A DNA stretch of 64,000 nucleotides, from NCBI RefSeq assembly GCF_037042905.1, contig NC_087262.1, forward strand, positions 6,944,001-7,008,000. Direction: 5' to 3'. Positions 23,123 through 36,900 of this stretch are shown one piece after another. The DNA comes from Lytechinus pictus. Taxonomy: Eukaryota. The position numbers were made by a program, and so were the translations under genes. The notes under the pieces were generated by a model. The model saw only the letters and a program-made list of their open reading frames with translations. It did no database searches and was not told the DNA's origin. Position 1 is the stretch's first letter, and the number at the start of each line of letters is the position of its first letter.

Positions 23123-25959
23123 AGAGCATTGAAAAGTTGTTTTCCTTTTTGATTTGAGAGATAGAAGTGGATCATAAAGTGTGCCTATCGTCAATTGTGA
23201 TCTGCTACTGTACATTTGAATATAGATGACACTCATTACACCTGCCTTTTCAACAAGTCCTTGATTTCATGCAAGGAGGTCACTGTTTAATGCTCTTATA
23301 CGTTAAAATAATTAGTGGCAAAAAGGAACTACTTCCAGGAAGCCAATGATACAAGTAAATGAAGTCATAATATTCATTACACTTTCGTAAGGCATTCTAA
23401 GCAGTTGATAGCCAAAATCACATCTATATTTCATGCACTCCGTTCTCTTCTTGATGGCAATGCATATTTCATGGCGATGTTCAGTGCGTAGTTCAGAAGA
23501 AGCGCATTATGCGTGGATGCGTTCATCCAGTAGTCCCTCGCCGTTCTGTAGCGGAGATGCCTGTCTAGTGTTTCAAAACTATACCCTCTCGGTCGTGTCG
23601 AGCGGGAGTTGAGTAGGGGCAGAGAGAGCCAGTTTCCTCTCTCCATCTGCGGCCATTGTTGATGTACAGCAAACATTAATCATGACGGGGATTCAGCTCT
23701 ACAGATTCACCTGGCTTGCCACTGAAAAATAAGAGAGAGAGAGTAGGAAAAAGTTTTTTTCTCCTCTTGTTTTTTAATATAGGGTGTTAATGCTGATTTT
23801 CCATTTTGTAAATTCCCCGCAGTGCATTTAATTATTCCTGTACATTTATCAGATTATATGAATGTGTATGTGCCCTGGAATATATATGATGTGGGGATGT
23901 AAAAAAGAAATACCTTTTATCTGATAAATTGTGTGATTTTGCATGATATTTTATTTTTGCTGAGTCCCGATCAAATAGAATAACCATATTCTTATCCCTT
24001 TGATTAAAATAAAACCGCTTCTCAAACAGGGAATTGGCTGAAATTTTCAGGATGTGCTGTACCTCTGTGAAATTCAATTTCATCAAAGAATCAGATTGAG
24101 AAAAAACCTTCAATTGCAACCTCACTTAAATGTGGAGAAAAAATTGCAACTACATTTAAATTTCTGGATGTAAATAAAAGATCATAATGGCCAATCAATC
24201 CCATTCCCCCCCCCCCCAAGAAAGGGGGAGAATATTAATTCTTCAGACCATTGTATTTTGGCAGTCTTTGTCCATTCCATTTGAAGATTTTGCATTTGGA
24301 ATTTTGAGATAAATATACATCTGCTGTTACCTCAGACAGTAGCATATATGTGTACATGTTGGCAGTGGCAATCCGTTAATAATAGAAGGTGTTGACAAGG
24401 TTATACGTTGCCCCTCAGCAAATATTATTCGTCCAAAGAGAAAGTATACTGAAGGAAGAGGCAATGTTTGCTCATATGGAAAAAGCTGTCATTGAAGAAA
24501 AGCTGAGGGGGGGGGGGGTGGGGGGAATATGTCCTTGTCATTCAAACTACAGGTTTTTTTTTTGTTTGTTGAACAGTGTACATTTCCCTGGATCAGCAGC
24601 ATACTTTTAGCATTGGGGTTGTGAAGATGCATTGGGAATTATGAAAATGCACTTGAAGTGAGATTTCATTTTTTTTTAATCTACTGAGTTGATTTTAAAG
24701 AAATTCATTAAGGCTATTCTAAAAAGAAATTGGTAAATGATGTGAGCTTTACATTTAGATTCATGTAGTCTTATGTTGTAGTCTTGCTCCTATACTGCAT
24801 TATCAGCATCTTGACACTTCAATACATATTTTTAAAAACTGCAGTAATTATTTTTTTATAGATTTTAGTATATCAAAAGATGATCCCTTCTAAATTTAAC
24901 TCATCAGGTGAAATTAGAGATTATACCACATAAAAAAAATGTGGAGGACACAATCTGAAATGTGGTATAAGCAGAAAAGATATTGATATCAGAATGTTTA
25001 CAATTAAAAAATGGACCCCTAATACATTTTTTCTTTTAGTATATGGTGGGAAGTAAATTTAAAGATTAAAAAATTGTATTTTGGATTTCTGATTATGCAA
25101 TACCATAAATTGAATGGAGGAAATAAGTGTTTGAAGGAAACTAATAGTTAAACCAAGTAGAAACACTAAAAATACTTGTCTTTTAAAAGAAAAACTAGTA
25201 TTAATCATTGACAAATTTAATTGACATTTTAATAATGATTGAATCTTAAGTAGGTCCGTGATGTAATCTAGCGTTCTCTTGTTACGAACAAAACCAAAAT
25301 ATGATTTAAACTGTTACTTCAAAGTAATACATTAATTAATCTTTTGTGGTTCGTAGGGAGTTTTGAAAACACCCTTTCTTGAGAACAAATCACTATGTTG
25401 ATCCATTTCCATTGGGTTAATTCCTCTTTCACATCAATCATTAACCTCGTCAGGAACAGTGATACACCACGTATCATCTTTTATCAATTAGTTGTGGTAT
25501 CAGAACATTCAATTTATTAGACAGATGATGGACTTTCAAACATTGATTTGTGAGAGGGGGTTTCTATTGGAACGAGGTTAATGAGTGATCTTTGCACGCA
25601 ACCCAGTGCCCTCTCGTTCTACATTGCCTTCAAATGTACCCGATGAATCACAAAGGAGGCATCTACATGTAATATTTGTTTGGAAGCAAAGTGGTGTTAA
25701 ATTAGCTGTTGATCCTTTACAATTCTTTGCTATGAACTTAATTTGTATCATGATGATGACACTTCCAAATCTGAACACCATATGATTGAGTTTCCTAACA
25801 GAACTAACTTTTACTTGATAAGGAGTTTAACTCTTGAAACATGTAAAATGAAGATATTTCTGTTCACGGAATTGCTAGTATACGTGCACAGACCCTGAAT
25901 TGACACCAATATCGATAAGTGGGGTTTTGAGACAACTCTAGCACAAGTTCTAAATCTTG

Positions 25960-26096
25960 CATGGTCCTGTAAGATAAACCTTAGCAATTGATTGTGGGGC
26001 TAATTTCTACGATTGATCATACACAATAATCAATGCAATCAATCATAGAAATCAGCCCCATGATCAATTGCTAAGCTTTATAATACAAGGTCCCTG
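25960..26096. mobile_element. Palindromic MITE family of about 135 bp (other copies at 47055-47195, 49905-50040, 52703-52843)
   Basis: TTAGCAATTGAT…/…ATCAATTGCTAAGCTTTAT motifs shared among four loci. Confidence 0.8.
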
Positions 26097-26138
26097 TGTC
26101 ATATCCATCTGTACAAGTTGCAGTCATGGCCTTTTATA

Positions 26139-26375
26139 CACTGTTAAAAATAATCTAAACAACGCTGTTTACTATGTGAATCGCATAGTAGTTGTTTAAA
26201 CAAGTGAATAAATAAAGTAAACAAAGTTTAATGAATAAACGAAGTTTATATTCAAATATTTGATTATCAATAATTTAAGCATGGTTGTTTAAGATTATAA
26301 ACACTTGTAATTGTTTAAACAACTATTGTGCGATTCACATAGTAAACAGCGTTGTTTCAATTATTTTTAACAGTG
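26139..26375. mobile_element. CACTG…CAGTG MITE, TA TSD
   Basis: TIR CACTGTTAAAAATAAT…AACAACGCTGTTTACTATGTGAATCGCA. Confidence 0.9.
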
Positions 26376-27291
26376 TAGACTTTCAGATCACTTTCTTTAA
26401 ATTAACCATGAATGCATATTGAATACACTGCTCTAACAGTGGGGTTTGTAGCTGATTGTTGAACTACGTGTGAAACCATTCGGTCTTTGAATCTACTGCA
26501 ACAAACACTTCACAACAACTAAACCTTATGGAAAATATTTGTTGGAATTGCTTTGAAGAGGAAACATGCATTCCTCTCAACATCCTTATTAGTAGTACTT
26601 TGAAATTTAATGGTGAATTGCTACTTTATGTACTTACACACCCTTCTGATACAGAAAATATCCTTAAATCAGAAAAATGTGTTCAGGACTCAAATTTATT
26701 ATCTTTAGGTATTGAATAGCTTTAGATATCTGATCGACAGCGCAGAATCTTCTGATTTTATGGAATCGGCTTGAGTAGGCATGCGGGAAGTAGTCCATCC
26801 TGCATCACCAATTATTTCACAACTGTTTTTCGCAAAATAAAATTTCGGTCAAGTTTGATAGCACTATTTCTGTAAAGATGCGTGGCAAGCAGAGTGCGAC
26901 GTTAGGAATGGAAGATTCAGCGCCATGGGCTACGTTTTCAAATTTATAACTCCTTAATAGAAATTTGTTCTCACAATGTGAATGTCTTTTTGACCTTCGA
27001 GGAATCGCACAAAAGTTCCTTTAATTTCCATAGTTGCCTTCTAATTCTTGTTTTGATCGTATCCTGGAATACCAAGAGTATTTGATTTTCAGATGGCAAA
27101 ATTTAATCTGTTTGGGGTAGAATTATGTACCAGGGCCCTATATTGCATATAGGATACTACAATGCTATAAATTATGGTAACTTTGCCATTAATTCAGTGG
27201 TAACTTAATAATTTATGTGATAATCATTCCCAGCAACCAATCCTAATCTTGGATTTGATGAAAGTTACAAGTGGTGGGCAGAGTTTGCCTA

Positions 27292-27513
27292 CACAGCAAA
27301 AACTGTGGTGTTAAGCGGTGTACACATGAGGACCACACCAGTTATTTTTAATATACCGGTGTTAAATTGACAGTGTTATTATAACACCTTTGGTTGTTAC
27401 ATTTACACTATTCGGTGTTATGTTCAATCACTAGGGTGTAATTTTAACACCTCAGGGTGTTGCCTCTATTTACTCCAACTGATGTCAGTTTTAACACCAC
27501 AGTTTATACAGTG
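27292..27513. mobile_element. CAC…GTG MITE, TA TSD
   Basis: AAACTGTGGTGTTAA/TTAACACCACAGTTT TIR with internal GGTGTTA repeats. Confidence 0.8.
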
Positions 27514-29124
27514 TAATATATGTACATGCAATGAGCCCAGTTATTTTTTCTGATCGGGTGGTTGTGAAAGGACCTTCTGCTAGTTATTAAATGACTCATG
27601 AAGTACTTAAAACCCGGATTAATCATAAACCATCTTCTGTAGCATCCCGACTGCATCTGCGGGGGAAGAAGATTCAATCTTATTTCATGAACTCCTAATC
27701 TCGGTAAATGGTCCCATTTGTCAAACTAATGAACCACTACAATCTTGGCCGGTAATTCTTAAATGCTGTTAAAGTATCTTCAGTTGAGAGCTAAAAGGAC
27801 AATGATGGTATATTTTCACATTAAATCAAAGCCCTTTTATCATTCGGCAGGCGATATTTTGAAGCAACTCTCTAGAAAATCTCTAATGAACCAAGGTACA
27901 ATATGGCCTGGCATTCTTCAATGCTTTTATATCATATCCAGTTGAAAACTAGTAGGACAGTAACGATGTATTACCACATTGATTGACTGCACTTTTATTA
28001 TTCAGAAAGTGATATTCTGAAATAATTCTCTAGATTAAAAAAATGTATATTTTAAGTCTCTATTGATTTTCAAGATTCTCTATTCTTGGCAGATGCCATG
28101 CTCTTGGTTGGAACCAAGCTATAGGTTTAATTATTAATCAGGAGGTGAAGGAGGACGGGGGGTCAGACGTCGATCTCCTCTTGGAAGTCGGCCCAACCAT
28201 CAAGTCCCCCGAAATAGCAGGTAGATGATTAATAGGGACCTGTGTTTCTCGATGCGTGGGTTGGGCTGGAGGTACATGTACATGAAAGACGATGCGGGAA
28301 TCTCACGGCGTGAGCAGCTCTCCATCACAATACATGAAAGGAAATGAACGAATGTATGAGGATGCTACGTGGGGTGGGACTAGTCTGCATGCACAGACTC
28401 AAATTGACACTTTAACCAATTATGCCATGTCTATAGAGTGAAGACTAGATTTGAAGCTCCATCCATGTCCGTGTCAAATAGTTAATTTACATCTAGTCTC
28501 ATTACTTCAGACTCTGCATTATGCATCATGCAGATTGCAAAAACCAAAGGTCTGTGCCTGCAGACTAGGTCTGCACTAGGGTACACTGCATTTCGATGGG
28601 GTGTTGGGTGGGGGAGCAATATGATGGATAGGTGACGTCATTATTTTTCTTCATCTGAATAATAATGGTATTCTTATTTAAAGTTAAACGACTCAAACCT
28701 CTCTTTGTCGTGCTCTTTTTTTCTCTTCACTGCTTGAAAAATATTAAGAGCCGGTCACCCCCCTGCCCCCTCTCTCCTGCGGCAACGCCCTTTGAGTGGT
28801 GTGCTATACCACTAGGCAAATTCTCAAGGAACAAGGTATTAATCATAATTGAAGAGGTTTCACAATGAATATGCAATTAAAAAAAGAAGAGTAGTGATTA
28901 CTGTGAAAAAAAAAAGTGTTTATTTCATAAATTTGCTAATTTTTTTATGTAGGTGGGGGGAGGGGGGGGGGGGGGGGGTAGAGGAGAGCGGGACGTGCAT
29001 CCTATGGGAAAACTCAAATGTTTTTTAGCAACATGTGGGGGAGTGCGTCATCCCCTTGCCATTCCAAGAAATTTCCATTTTGTCAAATTTTCCTTGAATG
29101 TACTTCTGGAAAGTCTTACCGGTA

Positions 29125-29397
29125 TGTTTCTGTTTCTGTTTCTGTTTCTGTTTGTGGTAACTCCCGTAGGAACTCGGCAGGACAGCATTTTTGCTGGTAA
29201 ACGCCAAGCTGGTTTGTAACCAATTACCTATGAAACATTTTACGTCTAAGTTTATCAGTCATAGTGGCTGACGTTATAGACGACAGATATCACTCTTGGG
29301 CCTTTTTATCAAAGTGGAGACAATGGCAGAGTTGGGATTCGAACTCACAACCTTGCGATTATGAGTCCAATGCTCTAACCACTGGACCACACGACCC
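29125..29397 (-). mobile_element. tRNA-derived SINE
   Basis: Minus-strand head GGGTCGTGTGGTCCAGTGGTTAGAGC (A box) … GAGTTCGAATCCC (B box). No acceptor-stem pairing. (AGAAAC)n tail. Confidence 0.8.
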
Positions 29398-30505
29398 GTG
29401 TAATAACTGTAATAGAATTGAAAGGCGACGGTCATTTAACATTTTCCATCTTCTTCCAAAATGATAACGGTATTCACTTTTACACTTGAACAAGCCAATG
29501 ATGCTTTGGCTGCGGAAAGGAAGGCGAGTGGTGCCGATGGTTAGAAATCTAACGCAATTGATCTCGGTAAACTTATCCACTTCGAAACTAGGTCGGGTAG
29601 AACATTAAGTGATATGTTTGGGGATCTACAGTATGTTCCAGATAATGGATATGTGTACTCGGATGTACTGTAGGTATACGTACCCTTTTGCTGCTGTAAG
29701 GAATGTTTTTTAAAGGGTATGATATATTGGTATACAGGGAGTAACAACCAAATCTTAGTGCACTGTAACAGAAATACATACAGTCAATATTCACAATCGA
29801 TCTTAATTTTTTTCATCCTTTTAGTTTGTTTTTATTTCTTATTTCCTTTAATAATTAATGGTTTTGTTTATTTTTTATTCATTTATTTTCATTTTTTTAA
29901 ATTTCATTAAATGTATCTATTTATTTATTTATGTATGTATTTATCTATATATGTATTTATTTATTTATTTATTTGTTTGTTTTATTTATTCATTTATTTT
30001 CTTGACCGGGGGAGGGGGGGAGTTTCCATAGACTTATTCTAACATTCTCAGTCTTGTGCCCTGCATATGTATGAAATGAAAATTGATGTCACTTTATATC
30101 ACAAACCGTTTAATAAGGAGTTAGAATTGGTCAAAGATGGATTGCATCTCTTTGTATCACAGAGCCCCTATTCCCTGAAAAAGTATTCCAGTGATACTGG
30201 TATGTGATTGCTGTAGATGGAATGCAATGGAGTGAATAATGTGTACCGTATGTTCATGTCACACTACAAAGTTGAGGACACCACTCGATTGCAAATTCAA
30301 AGTTCTGTATGTTTGTACAATCACAAAATACTGTGTAGACCAACTCGGTGTGGATGATATTTTGTATGGTAATTTCTAAGGGGGGGGGGGAGGGGGGCTT
30401 TAAGTATCGCAAACAAACAGTGATTTACATACAGACATAGCAATGTACCTGGCTCATTGCATAACCCATTGAAAGTGCTTGTGTTTTTCTTTTGATGCCC
30501 CTTAG

Positions 30506-30931
30506 CAGACCTGCCAACCAGTACGTTTTAGCCGTATTTAGTACGTTTTTGCAACCAAAAACTTTGCAACCTTTTTTCTTTGAAAAATATGTTTTTTTTT
30601 TTTACTAAATCGTAAGTTATTGAGAAAAATAATCTCTATATGTCTCTATTTCATAAAACGTACACAAATATGGTTATTAGATCAATGTAATTTCAGGTAA
30701 CTTGTTTTTTTTTTCAATCATTTTGTTAAAACCAGGGTGAAGATATACACAGGTTTTAATGTTTTTTTTTTCATGTGCAAGAGCAGTGCACATTTTAGCT
30801 TGCATGCAGCTTGAGCGCCGCGATGAGCGAGTGCGCCAAGCATTTTATTATGAAATACACTTTTTTGGGGAAAAATACATTTTTTTTAATCACAGAATAC
30901 AGTTTTTCATTCCCAGAGGTTGGCAGGTCTG
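30506..30931. mobile_element. hAT-like MITE
   Basis: TIR CAGACCTGCCAACC / GGTTGGCAGGTCTG. Confidence 0.8.
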
Positions 30932-31342
30932 CATATTTATCTCACATGGTAAAAATACTGATTTTTTGGTCAAAATACTGATTTTGGGGGATAAGAATAC
31001 TGAAAATGCAAAATACAACTTGGCAGCTCTGCCTTAGTAATGTCCACCAATATAGTTAAAGTGCTTTGCTGTTAGATTCTCTGTAGGAAGTTAAAATACG
31101 AGTTATTGTGATTTTAAAGGGTAAAGGTATTTGACTACACTTGGTAAATTATTAATTTTTTAATAGGGGTATTCATGCGTTGGCCTATTACAATAAGGTC
31201 ATCAGAATATTGATGTCGGCCTATGTATCCTGAAATTATCAGTAGTTAGTATGTTTGGTACATGACTTATTGTATGACCGTAAGTACAAAAGCAGGAGAC
31301 CTGATGGCAGCTATGTATCATGTTCATGATTGAGATGGTGTT

Positions 31343-31907
31343 CCCGGGGGAGGGGGGGGGGGCACTTCCATTGACAAGTGGATACCATTCGAGACCAAAA
31401 ACACTTACAAAGGATCTGTTTTTCAAGATAGGTCATGGTACGTACGTAACGTAATAAGGGTGTCACAAACACTAAAATAATGAAAAAGGGCATATATTTT
31501 GCTAGGAAAACTACATGTTTACGGTCCAATTTGCGAGGGTACATGTATAAAAAGACTAAAAAAAAGGATGTACTTTTTGCCCCAACACTACGTGTTTAGG
31601 GTCCGATTTGAGCGAGGTGCGTGGGGTGGTACTAAACCTAATGAAAGTAAAGGTAAAGCTGACGTCCGTGATCATGTCCGTGACATAACAATTAAGATAT
31701 CGTTCTTGTTTAGGGGGTCAATTCAGGTAGTACTTGACAAGGGTACCGTTTTGTTTCCAATACTTGTTAAGGGTAGGGTTTCACACGCCAATACTTGTTA
31801 AGGGGTGCATTTTCAGAACATGGAAAATACTTGTTTAGGGTGCATTTCGAAACCCAATGGTCACGCATGGTATCAACTCGTCAATGGAAGTCCCCCCCCC
31901 CCCCGGG
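31343..31907. mobile_element. MITE with CCCGGG-poly(G) termini and 8-bp TSD
   Basis: TIR …ACTTCCATTGAC.AGT.GATACCAT. TSD ATGGTGTT/ACGGTGTT. Confidence 0.88.
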
Positions 31908-32003
31908 ACGGTGTTGTACTATGTGCTTGTGTGACTTACAATGTGGTAATGCAACTCTTGAAAACAGGAGTCATGCAAATAGCATTGTGGTGATTACATA
32001 GGC

Positions 32004-32268
32004 AGGGGTCGTGGGTTCGAATCCCAGCCATGGCGTAATTTCCTTCAGCAAGAAATTAATCCACATTGTGCTGCACTCGACCCAGGTGAGGTGAATGGGT
32101 ACCCGCCTACCCGGGAGGATTTATTCCTTGAATGCTTTAGCGCCTATATGGCCGCTCAGCTACAGCCGGGGTAATAATAATATACCAAGTATATTTCAGC
32201 GCCTTGAGCACATAATCAATGTGGATTTGGCGCTTTAGAAATACTCTATATTATTATTATTATTATTA
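32004..32268 (+). mobile_element. 5'-truncated tRNA-derived SINE
   Basis: B box GGTTCGAATCCC, core GCTGCACTCGACCCAGGTGAGGTGAATGGGTACC, (TTA)n tail. Homologous to 42973-43244. Confidence 0.9.
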
Positions 32269-32736
32269 TACAGATCCCTTCACAGTATGATTTACCTGAA
32301 GGTTTGTTAACATTAGCCCAAACATGCTTGAGTTTAAAGACATTGGTTAAACATTGCAGATGCCTTGTTAACCCCCCCCCCCAAAAAAGAGAATATATGC
32401 GTTGCATTTAATATTGTTTACATTTATATCGTTACAAAACAGTAACCCAGGAAGAAAAAAAAAAATCAAATTTTGTGCATATACTTTCAAGATATCTGTA
32501 TATGAAATCATGGTCATATTTGATTTCTCTGTGATGAACAAGAATAAGTTGAAATGCATGTACATGTAGTAAATTCAATAAAATTGTCAAAGTTACTCGA
32601 AAAAGAGTCACTTTGACTCAAAACGGAGTCGATTCCCAGCTGGTTTGAAATTTGACTCCTCAGAAATAATGTTGTCCAGAGATAGTGTCAGGGTGCCGTG
32701 CATGGACACTCCACAGGAAGTGGAAAATGTTCATAT

Positions 32737-34379
32737 GGGCTATTCCACGGTTATTCACGTTACATTTGGAGACACCTTGACTCATACTGGGAGCTGTAAC
32801 TACATTATTATTGATAGGAACTAAACATCTCCTTATCACAACAAAGTACACAGTCTGACTATCCTTTGTATAAAAACAAAACTTGGGAAATTTTATTATG
32901 CTCCTGGCAAATCTTTTGAATGTGTCGGTTACTCACGTTACATGATTTGGACATGCATAAAATGAAAAGTCAACATAAGTGAAAAGTCTCCTCATACAAG
33001 GCTTTTATGAAAGTTGATTATATCCATTTCAAAGAAGTATATTAGGGAGACAAACTTTGTACATAATTTAAAAAATAAAGAACACATGGTTTTTACTTGG
33101 GGTGCAGATAATATGGTTACTCACGTTACGGTTACTCACGTTACATTTTGTCCATGTATAATTAACAACACAAATGTCATTAAAAATTCAATGTGTGTAA
33201 AATTCATTGCTAGGAACATCAAAAAGAGATTTTATACAAAAAAATTGGAACAATCGGAGCTTTATTAGAAAGTAAGAGGGAAAAGTATGATTTTGCTTAC
33301 TAATTATGCATAAATTAGCATAATTGCTTAATACCAATTTGCATGAAGTAAATTACTGTATAGTATTGTAGATTATGTCCAAGACAACCTGCATGCAAAT
33401 TTTTGGCGTGATCGTGCAGCCAATGGCCAAGATCTCAAGGGGGGCCTGGGAGGCCCCACCCATCCCCCCCCCCCGGGCCATATTAACTCCCAAAATACCC
33501 CAGCCTAGATAGGGTTACAGGTAAGGACATTCAATGTGTTGTTCGAACACTCTTTAAAGTTTGGTTAATCGAAACCAAGTCTTACTAATGCACTCTCGCA
33601 TTGTGAATACTTCTACTAATATTTAATTTTTGTGTGATTGTATGACCACTGATATTTTGATGAACAAAGAGTCACATCAAAGAGGTGTACCCTCATTTTG
33701 CTTTTAATTAATCAAAAATAACTTCACAACTCACCATGAGACTTAAAACTTGACATCCCACAGAAAATGTTACCTAACTGCATAATTTTTACTGGTTACT
33801 CACATTACATGATGGTTACTCACGTTACAAAGTTACTCACGTTACAGTTTTTCTTCATAATTTTTATTAAAAATTGTACTTTTTAATGATTTTGATAGTC
33901 ATCACTGTGTCAAAGATTGTTTGAAGGAAGAGAATTTAAAATTCCACCAATTAACTGTGAAGAATTTTTCTCTCAGAAAACAAAGTCAGTTTTTTCGGTT
34001 ACTCACGTTACATCACCTTACCAGGTTGCAATATTCATTTTTGAATGAGTACTACAAATTTACTTGAAAAGCTGTTGTGTATTTTAGGTAATTTGACTCT
34101 TCTAAACTTCAGAAATATATAAAGTGGTATGTTGTTGCAATAACAAAATGGTAACAAGGCATATTTCATTTTTCACTATTTTTCTTGTATTTTGGTACAG
34201 AATGGAAGACACAACTTTTGACCATTTTTTTCTAAAGTATAGATACAGTGTATGAAAATAAACTTTTTATTTTTTGTTCCTGAAACTATCATGTATGAAG
34301 GACTTAAAGTATTAAAAAATTCAAGAAAATATTGAATTTGAATTTTTAAGCTCATGTCCACCAACCTGTGGAATTGCCC
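32737..34379. mobile_element. Non-autonomous DNA transposon of about 1.64 kb, ATAT TSD (possibly Sola-like)
   Basis: ATAT|GGGCTATTCCAC.G … C.GTGGAATTGCCC|ATAT. About 8 internal GGTTACTCACGTTAC motifs. Nested piggyBac-like end at about 33297-33517. Confidence 0.8.
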
Positions 34380-34581
34380 ATATATACATGCTTCCCTCTG
34401 AATTAATCTGCTGATATACGTGGCTGCTTTGGAAGTTCTATTCTGTCTAATGTAATGAGGATGAGCCTCTAGCTTGAGCCAGTAATGTGAGATCGATACG
34501 ATAAGAGTTTAAGAGCATTAGGTGATCAAGTGTCCAGCTATTTTCAAAGGGAGGTTCTTCGGGATGTTGAGGGTTTGTTTA

Positions 34582-35663
34582 CAGTCAGTCCGCAAGCCCC
34601 TGTGTTAATGAGCAAATGAGCAAGATTTATCCAAGTCCTCTCGTGGCTGAATTCATGTCCCTGCAAAATCTCGTGAATTGTGAGACTTTCTTTCTCAAAG
34701 AATTTAACCACTTTCTCCTTGAGTAATATTGATTATTTTTGTACCATGGGCAAGAGTAAATGTTCCCCTTTTATATTGGTCATTTCTTTTGAATGAAATA
34801 TTTTGATAAATAAGTGAATTTTTTACCTGAAAAGATGCATCAAACAGAATTTTCTTCCTCTGTTTTCACTTGCAAATTGTGCAACATTTTGTGTTTTAGG
34901 CACCAACATTATTTATATCATCAGAAAGCTCAAACTCTATACTTTCTTACAATGTCACTCTTGATATGTGGCATCTTTTAGATGGGTCAGCAGCCAGTTA
35001 TTTCCATCAAGATGCAAGACGAGATTTCTGAAATTTCTGAGTAACATAAAATCCAGAGTTCTGATTGGCTGAATACTGTTTTCAAAACAAACAGGCGCGG
35101 GTAATTTGAAGAGATTACCACATGGTGAGTGTGACCTTGCAGAGGCCCAGTGTGGGGAACATTGGAATTTGCGTGGGTGTGTGGTCTATGACCAATCAGA
35201 GCGCAGTATTCTTGTTTTCGAGCTGCAAAATGTACTTGGTCTATGAAAAGCTGGCTGCTGACCCATCTAAAAGACATCTTCTTATAAAAATTATATCATA
35301 TTAAAGCTTAGATCTTCAGCTTTATCATGATCTAAAAATCATTTGTGCCCAAACAGAAATTAAGTGTGAAAACAACAACTTTTGTTGCATGAAAAAAAAT
35401 ATTTTGTTTCATGTTTTAGATCAAAAGTTTTTCATATATTACAACATTCTTTTAAAAATCCAAACACATGACCTAAAAGAATAATTCTTCTTCTTTACAA
35501 AGATACCAAAAACATGAAATTTGGTCAATATTTAGAGCAGCAATGGCCGAATAAAAAGAGGTGTTTTGGTTCGCACCAAGCTCATTAACTATGCAAAAAC
35601 CCTCTTGTCATGAATATCACTTGGATAAAAGAAGCTACTTTTTCAGGGCTTGCGGACTGACTG
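34582..35663. mobile_element. Non-autonomous DNA transposon of about 1.08 kb, TTTA TSD
   Basis: TTTA|CAGTCAGTCCGCAAGCCC … GGGCTTGCGGACTGACTG|TTTA, with an internal inverted symmetry (GATGGGTCAGCAGCCAG / CTGGCTGCTGACCCATC). Confidence 0.88.
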
Positions 35664-35977
35664 TTTATCATTAACGGAAAGGCAAGCAGAGAGTGGCCAT
35701 GAGGCTAAATTACAAGACATACTTTTCTAATGAGACAGTAACTGAACTTCCATAGTAAATTGCGGTAATGTACTACATGTATGGGGTACAAGTTTATGGA
35801 TTTATTTTTCTTTTTCCAATGTTTAAGCACTGCTTATGACATTCGGCACAAACACCAATCATGGAGTGTTGGTCTATGTTTTTGTAAGTCCACGGCGTAT
35901 TGACATCTGATGGTGCTGTCCTCTCAAAACACAAATTAGTCTTGTTCTCAACACCATAATTTTCATGGTGTAAATAT

Positions 35978-36128
35978 CAGGGGCTGCGGAAACGTGTGGG
36001 GGGGGGGCTGGATGGGCTTCAGCCCCCATCTTTTTCCTAAAACCATGTACATTAATGTACAAATGACCATCTGATTATTATTTTTTGCATGGTCAGCCCC
36101 CATTTTCAGAACCGTTCCGCAGCCCCTG
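35978..36128. mobile_element. Short hAT-like MITE
   Basis: CAGGGGCTGCGGAA / TTCCGCAGCCCCTG TIR. Confidence 0.8.
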
Positions 36129-36900
36129 AGTATGTCAATTAACCAGCAGAAGCTGTGCAAACCCTTCACTCGAGTTCAGGGTCTGAGTGTCAAGCCTATA
36201 ATGCCTCGTGTACTGAAGGCCTTTTAGCAAGTTTTGAATGTGCTAGTCTTTGCTTGGAGACCCACATGTTGATCAAAGTTTCAATCAGGGTCTGTGTCTG
36301 CAGACTAACCCATCCCATGGTAGTATCTTCCTGACTTCCTCCCACTGTTCCTGTAGTTAGGTATTTCATTCATTAGAATTCATAAAATGGTTTTACATTC
36401 GAAAATAACGATAGATGCCCGCACATTAATGAATAGGCCTACCCTGGATAAGAGAGCAGATTATGAAATGTAATAGTCTATTACGTAAAGGCAATGACAT
36501 CTGTAATGACTTTTTGTTGTAACAGGTACATTCCAGATCATGGTACCTGTACAATATACAAATTTGGGTCCATTCAGTTAATTTTCTTATGCTATATCAG
36601 AAACATGAATTACTATCTAAACGCAAACACATACATCTGGCTATTAAACAGGTTTACTTTTGGAGCATGTTCAATCACACTTTTTCTCCATGTTATCAAT
36701 TCCAAACCCAACATATTACAATGAGTGTGATATTGAAAGTGAAAATCAACTTGGGTCGTAAGCAATACCTGTCCAAATCTTGGGCCTTTTTCAATTAAGT
36801 TGTTATAATATCTAATTTGCAATGACCGTTAAAAGCTGCTGAAATCCTTAGATCGGATTGGCTGATAATGAATTTGTTATAGAAATTTTGTATTTGTTAA

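Noticed and set aside
26917-26937. REST/NRSE-like TTCAGCGCCATGG
   Set aside because: Only the left half-site matches; the GACAG half is absent.
28142-28220. Possible 79-nt exon (EVKEDGGSDVDLLLEVGPTIKSPEIA)
   Set aside because: Weak acceptor, stop codon in the phase required after the S1 exon, and no Slo1 similarity.
29325-29397. Possible tRNA-Met(CAT) gene on the minus strand
   Set aside because: The acceptor stem does not pair and the sequence continues into a SINE body and tail.
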